DNA of 31,923 bases. Origin: Macrostomum lignano. Taxonomy: Eukaryota. The stretch spans positions 1 to 31,923 of the forward strand of contig NIVC01002118.1 of NCBI GenBank assembly GCA_002269645.1. The letters are read 5' to 3'. Below the pieces are notes generated by a model. That model had not been told where the DNA came from, did not search any database, and worked only from the letters and a program-made list of their open reading frames with translations. A program made the position numbers and the translations under genes. Every line of letters begins with the position of its first letter. Position 1 is the stretch's first letter. Positions 1 to 12,100 of the stretch are shown in pieces.

Positions 1-148
1 CGCCGCCTCCACCGCCTCCCGTCGGCTGCTGCTGCTGCTGCGGCTCCCCAGACTCGCGTCTCGACGCCATCTTGGTGACCGAGGCGTGGCCCGGACCTTG
101 CAGCGACGGAGTGTGCGTGTTGTCACCTGTGCCAGCTGCCTGCGATGT
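1..148 (-). CDS. CCDC180: Probable CCDC180 exon 14 (partial; continues beyond window)
   Basis: Acceptor ttttgcag at 150-149; GC-rich open frame TSQAAG...QQQQQPTGGGGG; phase does not match exon 13 as written. Confidence 0.5.
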
Positions 149-3100
149 CTGCAAAATTGACAAACCAAGTTTGCTTATAAAAGTTCGATCTGAGTATCGA
201 ATCTGAGTATCTGTCTAGAGGCAAGTCATCCACTGAATTTCTTAGTGTCTCAAACTCACCTGCTGCTCCTGTTGGGGCTCTGCATCTCCAGGTTTCTTCT
301 TTCTGCTGCCAGCTTTCTGTCTTTGGCACCGGCCAGGCCGCCGGCACCGCCGCCAGCGCCTCCGGCTTCGTCTCGGTCAGCCTCGATCACCACCTCGGAG
401 CCGCCGTGCGCTCGCGCTCGCTGGGTGCGCATGATGCGCTTGATGACCCCGGCTGACGGTTCCTCGGGCGGCTGCTTGCCGGGCCGGCTCACTGGAGTCG
501 GCTGGGTGCTGGGCAGCCGCACTATCTGCTGTTGCCTGCAGGAGTGGCAAATAAGTTGTGGTTTTAAAGGCTCTCCGACACGACATCCAATAGGACGTAA
601 GAAATTTCTCACCTAGTTGTGTCTCACCATAAAGATCAAGAAAGCACAAAGTATATGGTGTTATTTCTGAGCATTCATCTTGCCCTAATGCTATAACACT
701 TTTAGAAATGAAAAGTTAAACACTTTGCCTGTGACATTTACCTGCTTGTCGCGGTCCCGCCAATTCCGGCAGCTTCCGGAGAGCTCGAACTCCCGGCGGC
801 TGGTGCCGCGGCTGTAGCTTCGTCAACAGTGACAACCACAGGCGGCGGCTTCTGCGTGCCGATGCAGTTCAAGTAGACGCTCCGATCGTTGAACATGTCA
901 AAGATATCGTGCAGCCGCCGTAGAGGTCCTCGGGTCGGACGGTCTCCTTGTCCAGGTTCGGCCGGGCGCAGGCGTCCACGCGTTTGGCAAGGCTGTCCAG
1001 AGTCTCCACGAGCTTTAACGATTGCGAGTTGCTGTCAGACACCTCCGCTTTGATTTTGACCTGAGAATTGAAATTGATGCGAAAGTTTGGCTTAGCTTTG
1101 GACTTCCTGCCTTTATGAACAAATTAGTACATAGAAAAGTTGATCATCTAATGAGACAGCGCACGCGCGTTCAAATTTCTATTTATGTCAGCGCAGAATG
1201 TCATTCCTCGATCATCTCAAAATTTGTACTCATTTTTGCGTACCTGAGTGTTGGTGAGCCACCGCGCCACCTTCTCCATGAACACCAGGTCCACCATGTG
1301 GTTTCGGAACTGCTCTTCGAATTCGCGAACTTTTGCATTAGCCGCGTCCAACCGTTTCTTCTCCATTCCCTCCAACTCGGACAGGATGCTGGACTCCGCC
1401 GCGTCCACTCGGCTCGTCATCTTGTCCAGCCGCTTGCGGTAGTCGTCAACCTCCTCCGGGCAGAAGTTTCCGCCCTCGGAGAATAGCTTGAACGACTTGA
1501 CAAACCTGGCGTTAGCCTCGCGAAGCATCTGGAGCTTGTTGTCAAGGCCCTGGCGGAATTTGCGCAGGCTGGTGCGAATGCCCTCCATGAGAGTCTCCAC
1601 CTCGGTGGTGCACTGTGAGCTGAGCGTGACGAGTCTGCGTAAGTTGAAACCAAATTTCCACAAGCGGTTCAGGTGTTGTTGCTTCAACAGTTACTTTGGT
1701 GGGAGGCAGCACTATGCTATGTATGCTACTAGTCATGATACTACTTGAATACACAGAAGCTGTACGCTACCTGGACATCCAGAAAAGGCTTGCTTTATTT
1801 GATAATAAAATTACTAATAAAAGGTGTGCAACCGACAGCTCAGCCGCAGCTATTGCGAGGCGCATCTGAAGGCTTCGTACGGCTGTTCAGTCAAAGGACT
1901 GGGGGGTCGCTACACACAACCTCAATTAACCCAGCTAATGCTGGCACCATTTTACAGCTGGGTGAACTGAAGCAATGCACAGTTAAGTTTCTTGCTCAAG
2001 TTCGCGCAAGTTTTATATCAATAGAAGTGCGCCGCAGTACCAAAAGCGCTTACTTGGCAGACTTTGTCGCGCTGGTGTAGGCCTCTGTCATTCCGTCAAT
2101 CTTGGTGGCGAATTCGCGCATGAGCCGCTCGTGCTCTTCGTTCATGGCGGCAAATTCCGCTTTCATGGCGTCCAGAGTCTGCTGGACGCCCTTGGTGTGG
2201 CGCGTCACCCGCTCTGAGTGCATCACGAGCTCGGCAGCGCGCACGTTGTGAACGTCCAGCTCGGCTCGGCGGGCCCGAGGCTCGTGCAGGTGCAGGCGGA
2301 GGCGCAGCTCGGCCTCGAGCTCCTCGGTTTTGGCGCGGACGATGCCGGCGCCGCGCTGAGCCGCTTCCGGTCGCCAGGAGTCGAGAAAGTCCAGAAAGTT
2401 CTGCCGGATGCTGCGAGGTTGATGCAGAAGAGATTGGAATTTTTAGACCGATTTTGCCTCGGGGTTGATATTTTTCATCATCTGGATCATGGATTACTAT
2501 AAGTAGCGGGATGAGACCTTTTGTTTGTTGTTGTTAAATGGGGTGGGAAGCCGGGGCTACCCGCGGATCAGCCCAAGGAAGGGCTCTGCCGCTGGATCTT
2601 GTAGGGGGCCATACTACCTGGGCCGAAGCCCGAGTGGCCCAGATTGGGACCAGAACTCAAGGCCCGGTGAAGCCTTATTGGATGCTACTAACCCAAGCCT
2701 ATGGACTAAGACACCACCAACCCATAGTGGAATCAGGAGACACCGCCAACCCATAGTGGAATCAGGAGACACCGCCAACCCATAGTGGAATCAGGAGACA
2801 CCGCCAACCCATAGTGGAATCAGGAGACACCGCCAACCCATAGTGGAATCAGGAGACACCGCCAACCCATAGTGGAATCAGGAGACACCGCCAACCCATA
2901 GTGGAATCAGGAGACACCGCCAACCCATAGTGGAATCAGGAGACACCGCCAACCCATAGTGGAATCAGGAGACACCGCCAACCCATAGTGGAATCAGGAG
3001 ACACCGCCAACCCATAGTGGAATCAGGAGGACGGGTGCAAAGACTGATCCACCCAAGCCACCCCCGATGACAAAGCCCGAGTGTGCGAAATGTTTTTTGA

Positions 3101-6100
3101 AAAATAAACGAAACCGTCGGGATTCAGCATGGGCTTACGCCATTGCAAAATGACTCAGCCATCCATTGCGACACTCACGCAATCTTCGCCTCCAAGATCG
3201 TTCGCCGGGGCACCGCCGCGCTGCGGACATTCTCGTCCTCCTCGGCGGCCTTGTCCGTAGCGTCCGCGGGCAGCAGGGTGATGTAGCCGTGCTTCGCCTG
3301 TGACTCCTGCTGGTTCGCTGATTGCTGGTTTGTCGCCGCCGGCGGCTGCTGAAGGCTTTCAGCGTCTGGCGGTGGAATTCCATGCACGCCGGCCTCTGTC
3401 AGGACCCGGAACTCAGAGCCGCGGCTGGTGAACAAAATTTCGCGAAACGCCGTGCGAATCCATTCATCCTCCTGCAGCGTTTCAGAGAGTTCAGCATCTG
3501 TCTACTGCCAGTAGCATAAAAAGCATATTTTTAGCCTAAACTCGACTTTCCTTCAAGCTTTTAATATTAGAAATGTAGGCTGTGTATTCCATGTCTATCT
3601 CACATTGACTCTTTCCCTGAATCTGCCTCTCCGCTCTGATTCAGTCCCTGAATCTTCCTCTCCGCTCAGCCTCAGTCCCTGAATCTGCCTCTCCGCTCAG
3701 CCTCTGACCCTGAATCCGCCTCTCCGCTCAGCCTCAGTCCCTGAATCCGCCTCTCCGCTCAGCCTCAGTCCCTGAATCTGCCTCTCCGCTCAGCCTCAGT
3801 CCCTGAATCCGCCTCTCTCCGCTCAGCCTCAGTCCCTGAATCCGCCTCTCTCCGCTCAGCCTCTGACCCTGAATCCGCCTCTCTCCGCTCAGCCTCTGAC
3901 CCTGAATCCGCCTCTCTCCGCTCAGCCTCTGACTCTGAATCCGCCTCTCTCCGCTCAGCCTCAGTCCCTGAATCCGCCTCTCCGCTCTTCCGCTCAGCCT
4001 CAGTCCCTGAATCCGCCTCTCCGCTCTTCCGCTCAGCCTCTGACCCTGAATCCGCCTCTCCGCTCAGCCTCAGTCCCTGAATCTGCCTCTCCGCTCAGCC
4101 TCAGTCCCTGAATCCGCCTCTCTCCGTCCCTCCCTAGAGAATTAATCGTAGCCCCTCACAGTCGTTGCTCGACTTTCTTTCTTTAAATTCTTAAAATTTT
4201 ATAGAACCTGTTTTTCATTTACTACTTTGGTAAAGATTCAGCTTCTGTCGTCTGGCCCAACTTTATACATAATTTTTCATTATGTTTCATCTAGCCTGCC
4301 ATTCTAACTTTGCTTTGCGAAATTAGCAAGCCAGTTAGAAGAAGTTTTCAGCAAACGGAGTGTACAGATCTTTGCTTTGAAGGCAACGCCCAAAGAGTGA
4401 GGCGATGGGGCTTGCAGTGTTTTTCGGTCGGAGACTGGGTGGATGTTTCTAAGATGACGCGACGAGTAAACTCTGCTCAAAAGCGCAGAGGTTTGAGTAG
4501 AGCAGTCTCTGACTGCCCATTCCGTGTCTTTTTCTGAAAGCAGTCTCGCTCAGGTAGAAAATAGCAAGCCAGTTTGAAGTGCACGCGCGGAGCATCAGAA
4601 TAAAAAATGGAATTTTGCGATTGCCAGGTAACTGAGTGTCTCAGCAGACACTGAGTGGGTGGGTGAGTCGCCTTAGCAAGATGCAGAGAAAGAGAATTCT
4701 AGATGGATGCATGGCTATTCGATCCATCTCACCCCAGTTTTGAGCAGTTGTTGCTTTGCTCAGAGGAGCTCTGGGCCTCCCTGCCAAGAAGAAGTTTCTC
4801 GAAGGACGAGATAAACAAACAGCTGCGGCTAAGGCTCGGCGATGGCGCGCATTTCATTTCATTCTCTGGTCGCCCAGTCTGTCAGACCCTCTTTTTCTTA
4901 CCCTGGTCCACCCCACACCAGCGGGTCGCAATAAAACAAGCCAGATGAGCCCCGGCTTGGCCAGGTAGAGACAAAAGCTTTTTGATACTCGGGCAGCAAA
5001 CGGCTCAGTCCAAAGCTCGAACTCGGCAAAAATAATGGAGCGAAGCAACGCCATCGAGCGGCCCAGGAACGTGCCGTTCGAGCCCAATGGCAAGGTGCAG
5101 AGCTTCGAGATCATCTTGGACCGCAGCGACGGTCCGAACGGCATCGGCGTCTATTCGCCGGGCGAGCTGCTCACCGGGCACGTGCGCCTGGAGCTGACGC
5201 AGCGACTCACCGTTAGCAGCCTCGACCTGCTGGTGCAGGGCACTGGCAACGCGGCTTGGCGGCTGCGCACCCTGCAGGGTGACGAGCTCGTTTCCGACGA
5301 CGAGGTCTACCTGAACGAAATCGCCGAGCTCGTTGGCAAGCGAAGCTATGAGATGGTGACGCTGTCGCCGGGTGAGCACGTGTTCCCGTTCGCCTGCGAC
5401 CTGCCATTCGAACTGCCAGCGACTTTCACAGGGTCTTACGGCAACGTGTCCTACTTGGTGAAGGTGGTCATCCAGGCTGACCGAAATGAGCCGGTTCACC
5501 GCGAGCCCTGCATCACTACCAACGTCTTCATGGTGGAGTCACGACTCCCCCTGGAGGGCATGGCCAATCACCTGAACTCCTACCGGATTGACTACAAGCA
5601 CCCGATCAAAACCTCCGCTCTGACGACTGGCTCCAACTCAATCAAGGTGTCGCTGTTCATGCCGAGACGAGCCTACGACATCGGAGACAACATCTTCGTG
5701 AATCTGAACCTCATCAACTCGTCACGCAAGGTGGTTCGGAGCATGAGCATTGCGCTGGTGATGGAAGTCGAATATCGGGTCCGCGGTCGAGTGAACACTG
5801 AACGGCTGATTGTGACTGACTACGAGGACAAGTATGTGGTGCGACAACAGGAGAGTAAGTTAACCAGACTGTTTCTGCTGCTTTAGACATGCCTGCTCAA
5901 CTGATAATCACTGATTGATTGCTTAATCTTTCCAACAGACCGACAGTGGCGCCACGTGGGGCTGACGGTGCCGCGCTTCATCCCGCCGAGCGGCCTACCC
6001 AACTCCAGCATCATCGGCGTGCGCTACTGGCTGGTGTTCAAAGCCGAGGTTGAGCGCAGTCAGGAACCCGTGCAGCTGCGGACGCCGGTGCTGATTGGGC

Positions 6101-9100
6101 TGCAGCTGCCGGACGAGATAAAGCTGGACACCATTGAGAACAGCCTGGCCGGCGAGGCCACAGTGGCCGACGGCGCCAGTCCCACGGTCGGATCGGCTCG
6201 GATTATCTACCAGGGTAAGCAGGAGCCGCGAGTGGACCAGCGGCTACCGCCACCGCAGCAGCAGCGGCCTGTTCAGCAGCCGCTCTATGTCAACGTATCG
6301 CAGCAGAGGCCAGCGTCCGCCAGGCAGCAGCAGCCGCAGCCGCAGCCGCAGCCGCAGCCGCAGCCGCAGCCGCAGCCGCAGCCGCAGCAGAAACAGCTGC
6401 AGCCGCCAATGCCGCAGAATTTCTACCAGCCGATCAAAGGTCCTCAGCAGCAGCCGGAGCCGCAGGAGCAGCAGACGCAGCAACGACCCCAGGGATCGCC
6501 GGACTCTCAGGTCATCACCATGCGCTTTGCTGACGAGCTGGATGATCAGAACAATCCGTACGGACTGCCGCAGCAGCTTGCTCAAGTTGAGCAGAGACGG
6601 AGTCAGCCGCGAGACGAAGTGGACTACGAGCTGGGTGCCTACAACCATGTCTACCAGCAACAGGAGCAGCCGCAGCCGCAGCAGCACCATCCGCACGCTG
6701 CCAAAATAACCCGGAATCCATTGTACGTGCCGGACGAAGACGGAGCCGGGCCGAGTGGCAGCGGCGGCAGCGGCAGCGGCGGCGGCAACCGCAACGGCTT
6801 TCACGACGGAGCGCACGAGAGGCAAATTGCCGGAGGCAGCGGCAGCGGCAGCGGCGGAGGCGGCGGAGGCGGCAGCGGCAGCGGTGGCCAGGAAGACCGC
6901 GTGATCTCTGCGCTGAACGCCAGCCTGGACAACGGCGCTGAGGAGCTGTTCTACTGATTTTTGGAGCCGCTTAGAGAAGAGACACTGCTTTACGTTGACT
7001 TGTTGCTGTCGACTATGCGACTATTTATTAATCATTTGCTTGCACCAATTTTATTCGAAAACTTTGCTTTTGAATTTCAGTAGCCCTAAAATTTAGTTGT
7101 AATCGTTGACTGAAGTGTTGTTGAGCCTAAACTAAAGTAGCTCTGATAAACAAATACTAGTACACTATCATTTGCTTAATTGGTGATCAAATTACAAAAG
7201 CTTTATTCGAATTTAATCCGAAACTAGCGAAAGTTTCTTTATATTTTATTTTTTCGAAAAATATCGTGAATCTTATTATCTTATTATACCATTATAAAGA
7301 GTTTATAATGGTATAATAAGCTGAATTTCACAAAACAACTCACCTCGGATAGGCGAGCCTCCTGCGCGGCTTTGATCTTGGCGAGCTCCGCCGGCTTCAG
7401 ATTCGCTTTGACTTTCTTCTTCTCCACCTGAAGTAAAACCGGTCAGGTGATTTAGAAGGTTAAGAATAATAGATCGTAATATGCAGAACACTGACTTCAA
7501 TGCAAAACATTGAGCCTCTGAGCTAAAAATAGTTTGGAAACTAAAATAGTAGAAATTATTATTGTGATTACACTGATTACACCTGCCCCAATTGGGCCAG
7601 ATGTGCAACCGACAGCTCAGTCGCAGCTATTGCGCGGCGCATCTGAAGGCTGCGTACGGCTGTAGGAGGCTCTGTCGTCTCTGGCGTAGGACCGGGGGTC
7701 GCCTTATTACCCCCAGCTAATGCTGGCACCCATTTTACAGCTGGGTGAACTGAAGCAATGCAGAGTTAAGTGTCTTGCTCAAGGACACAATGGACACAAG
7801 GGATCGGGAATCGAACCCCCGACCTTCAAGTCGCGAGTCCGACGCCTAACAACTAGGCTACAACCCCCTCAGGCTACAACCCCTCAGGCTACAACCCCTC
7901 AGGCTACAACCCCTCAGGCTACAACCCCTCAGGCTACAACCCCTCAGGCTACAACCCCTCAGGCTACAACCCCTCAGGCTACAACCCCTCAGGCTACAAC
8001 CCCTCAGGCTACAACCCCTCAGGCTACAACCCCTCAGGCTACAACCCCTCAGGCTACAACCCCTCAGGCTACAACCCCTCAGGCAGCAACCCCTCAGGCT
8101 ACAACCCCTCAGGCTACAACCCCTCAGGCAGCAACCCCTCAGGCTACAACCCCTCAGGCTACAACCCCTCAGGCAACAACCCCTCAGGATACGAAGTAAA
8201 ATTTAAGTGTTGTAAAACGATTAATAGCTGGACTAAATGAACCATGCTAAGCTACTTTCGATTGGGCGTCTAATTGGAGTTTTTAGGTTAAATTTCCGCG
8301 CGAAGTAAATTTTATAATTGATTTTATTTAGCACATCTTTGACTACGCTATGTACAATGCAATCCTCTCTTTCCTCCTCGTGACTTCCTATTGGTTCATT
8401 TATCGATCTCCTCTTACCCCCAGTTCAAACCCTCTGACCGCACGCAGCCTCTCCTCCCTCTCTCCGTACCCGGGAGCGTCCCATCCCCATTTTATTGCCT
8501 CCCTCAGCCATGTACATTCTCAGTGGTGCTCGCTAAAGTACATCATAACAGACTGCATCGAAAACAAGTTGTTTACGCACTAAGTTTGCTAAATTATCCA
8601 GGAATTTACGGCTTGGACTGTCTGTTTTAAAACTACGTCGTATAGAAGATTTTGGCGCAGCAAAAAAATTTAGGAATTCGTGCGCACTCGTATGCCCATA
8701 AGAAAGTAGAAGTAAATGCATTTTATTAGAAAATTTTAGCAAATGGCCAATATTGAGTTTCTAATAGGTCCGTATATAAATTCCAATTGTATAAATATGC
8801 AGCACAGAATTATTGTGAAAATACGTGAGTGTGATTTCCGATTAAATTGTAGGAGCTAAAGAAGTACAGTGGAAAAAATAAGTTAAAGATTTAAATAGAG
8901 TTTTCTCACTGTGACATGCAGGTACAAAATGAGTTTTTGTGTATCGCAAAAAATGTTAAGGCAGTGCAGGAAGGATTGCAGCGATAGTAAAACTATACGG
9001 GAAAATTTGACAACGTCTGCAACCAACCTGCTGCTGAGCGTCCGGTTGAGACCCAGCGCCCACTCTGTCAGCCTGATAAGGCTGGGGGGCTGTGTCGGCA

Positions 9101-12100
9101 TTATCGGGCTCTGAGGCCTCCTCGGAATCCGACTGATTGACCAAACAATTCAGACAAAGTCGGAGGCGGTTAAGTCAATTGAAAATCATAAATATAGTCA
9201 GAGGAAATTGATTCGTCAGGGAAGCCCAAAACTGGGTTTCTGGAGGGCAAAAATGCGAGTCAGGGTGCAATAACTGTGTGTCAGGAGGCGCTACAACTGT
9301 GTCAGGGGGCGCCACAACTGTGTGTCAGGAGGCGCCACAACTGTGTATCAGGAGGCGCCACAACTGTGTGTCAGGAGGTGTCACAGCTGTGTGTCAGGAG
9401 GCGCCACAACTGTGTGTCAGGAGGCGCCACAACTGTGCGTCAGGAGGTGTCACAGCTGAGTCAGGAGGCGCCACAACTGTGTGTCAGGAGGTGTCACAGC
9501 TGTGAGTCAGGAGGCGCCACAACTGTGTGTCAGGAGGCGCCACAACTGTGTGTCAGGAGGTGTCACAGCTGTGAGTCAGGAGGCGCCACAACTGTGTGTC
9601 AGGAGGCGCCACAACTGTGTGTCAGGAGGTGTCACAGCTGTGAGTCAGGAGGCGCCACAACTGTGTGTCAGGAGGCGCCACAACTGTGTGTCAGGAGGTG
9701 TCACTGCTGTGAGTCAGGAGGCGCCACAACTGTGTGTCAGGAGGCGCCACAACTGTGTGTCAGGAGGTGTCACTGCTGTGAGTCAGGAGGCGTCACAACG
9801 TGCATCAAATGAAGCACAGATTGCAGTCAGTAAATTTAAGGTTTTGCTGAGAGACACGGAACATGAAAGGATCAAGTGAATCATACTTTTGTCGCTATGG
9901 TCGCCACTAATCAAAGGTGAATTGGAGGAGGGAGTCCACTGCAGAAAGCTCACCTTCTTCTTGTCCGCTCTCTCCAGTCCGAAGTACTCGCAGACCGCTC
10001 GTTCCAGGTTTTCGACCTCTTCTTCGACCAGTTTCGGGTAGGTTCGAACCTCAACCAGTTGTTCGTCTTTGAACTTCCGGTACGTGCCCTCGATGGCCTT
10101 CAGCGTGTCCAGCGCCCGGCTGAGCTGGTGCTTCAGGCCGGCCTCCGTGGACTCCTGGCGGAGCTTGTCCATCACGACGTCCAGCTGGGCTTCCCGGTCC
10201 TGGTTCTGCCGGTTGTGCTGCTCCCGGTTGGCGTCCAGGCGCTCTACCAGGGTGCGCTCAAGGCCGGCGAGGTCGAGCTGATGCCGATCCCACAGGTGCG
10301 CGGCGCCCTGTGCCAGCTTGTACAGCGACTTCAACTGGACGCCGATTCGCTTGGCGTTGGCCTCAAATAGACGCTGCGATAAGGGGTAATTGGGGTTTTC
10401 TATGCAGGCCAAGGGATAATTTTGTGCAACCCCAATTTGGCGGGGAAAACCCAGTAGGATTTCGGAGAGCTGGGAAAATCTACTGTGGGGAGATTATCGT
10501 AGAAATGAGTAAATTACTGGGCATTTTATTTTGACATGGGAGAAATCCGGGTAGGGTTCAGGGTAGAATTTCCATCTGCAGCTCACATCCATAGCCTCCA
10601 GTCGCTCCTCGAACACGCGCTGCTGCGCGCTGATGAGCGGCAGGCAGCGCTCCTTGACCATGGCGTCCGCCTCCTGCTCAGTGGACACGCCGTCGCTCAC
10701 CAGGCCCTGCTTGAGCTGGTCCATGGCCTCCAGGCAGTGCTGGCAGACTCTCTCGTAGTCTTCGTACACCTGCTGCAGGTACTTCTGGTTGGTCTCGTCT
10801 GAAGCCGCAGTGGATGCAATGCGTTGTTTTTTAGTCTCCGGTTTCGTAAGTTTACTACAGTAAGAGCTTTCATCATCAAGGCAAGTCTTCATTGAGCCCC
10901 AGTGGCCTGCGCAACCTTGGGCCAATCGCCCCAATTCAAAATTGCGCTTCTTAAAAAAATAGATTGAAAGAGTCAGCTAAGCTGTCTTAGGACGTGGCAT
11001 CCACCGGCCTAAGAGACTGGGGTAAGGACGCGCACGCCAAGACACCAAATATTGGCTGGCGCCCTTTAGGGTTGCGACTCCCTCCAATGAAAACTCCTGG
11101 GCACGCCACTGATTGAGTCTTAGAGGTTTTTAATGGTTTACGCCAATTAGGCCTTCAAAAACTTTCCATCAGTTTATACTCTAAAGAGTCCGTAGCCATA
11201 GGCCTCGTGAGAAATTCAGGGGCAGGTGTGCACCCTGCGCTTTAGAGTGTTGCCTCACGTTACTATTAGTAGTCTAATTAGTAGAACAGCAGATTGCCAC
11301 TTACCCAGCATCTTGCAAACTTGCTGCATTTTTTGGTGCCAGGCAGCCACCCCAGACTTGCAGGCGTTGGGCGGGGCTAAGCTGCTCAACTCCTCGATGA
11401 GTTCGAGTCGGCGGGAGTTGATCTCGGACTGCTCGGCGCGCATGTTGCTTAGGATGGACTCCAGGCTGGGCGGGGACTGTACCTGGAGTGCGGGGTGGGT
11501 CACAGGATTCGAGGTGGATCGAGGCGGCACATCAAAGTATTCGAGGTGGATCGAGGCGGCACATCAAAGTATTCGAGGTGGATCGAGGCGGCACATCAAA
11601 GTATTCGAGGTGGATCGAGGCGGCACATCAAAGTATTCGAGGTGGATCGAGGCGGCACACCAAAGGATTCGAGGTGGATCGAGGCGGCACACCAAAGGAT
11701 TCGAGGTGGATCGAGGCGGCACATCAAAGTATTCGAGGTGGATCGAGGCGGCACACCAAAGGATTCGAGGTGGATCGAGGCGGCACATCAAAGTATTCGA
11801 GGTGGATCGAGGCGGCACATCAAAGTATTCGAGGTGGATCGAGGCGGCACACCAAAGCATTCGAGGTGGATCGAGGCGGCACATCAAAGTATTCGAGGTG
11901 GATCGAGGCGGCACATCAAAGGATTCGAGGTGGATCGAGGCGGCACACAAAAGGATTCGAGGTGGATCGAGGCGGCACACCAAAGGATTCGAGGTGGATC
12001 GAGACGGCACATCAAAGGATTCGAGGTGGATCGAGGCGAAATATCAAATGATTTGAGGTGGATCGAGGCGGCACATCAAAAGATTTGAGGCGTTCATGGC

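Noticed and set aside
2540-2708. GC-rich segment preceding the 29-bp array, possibly a transposon remnant
   Set aside because: No TIR, TSD, second copy or coding signature visible in this window.
2709-3029. CRISPR-like 29-bp repeat
   Set aside because: No spacers; a simple tandem array within an intron.
4310-4968. Short plus-strand ORFs upstream of the arrestin
   Set aside because: No recognisable domains or coding-like composition; probably promoter, 5' UTR or intron.
6134-6825. SR-rich (+) and LR-rich (-) ORFs overlapping the arrestin tail
   Set aside because: Alternative-frame readings of the CAGCCG repeat in a GC-rich exon.
7800-7866. tRNA gene
   Set aside because: Has A/B boxes but an imperfect cloverleaf and continues into a CORE-like domain found in three dispersed copies, so it is a SINE head.
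7720-8199. ORF with (TTPQA)n mucin-like repeat
   Set aside because: Starts inside the antisense of a SINE and reads through the 15-bp minisatellite; no splice or start context.
8380-8520. Possible additional CCDC180 exon (purine-rich on minus strand, ending at a gtaag donor)
   Set aside because: No convincing acceptor or homology, and the gene model is in phase without it.
9276-9879. Cys-rich repetitive ORFs
   Set aside because: Products of the 23-bp minisatellite, open in several frames.
11226-12088. Overlapping repetitive ORFs (EVDRGGTSK...)
   Set aside because: 32-bp minisatellite translations, antisense to a CCDC180 intron.
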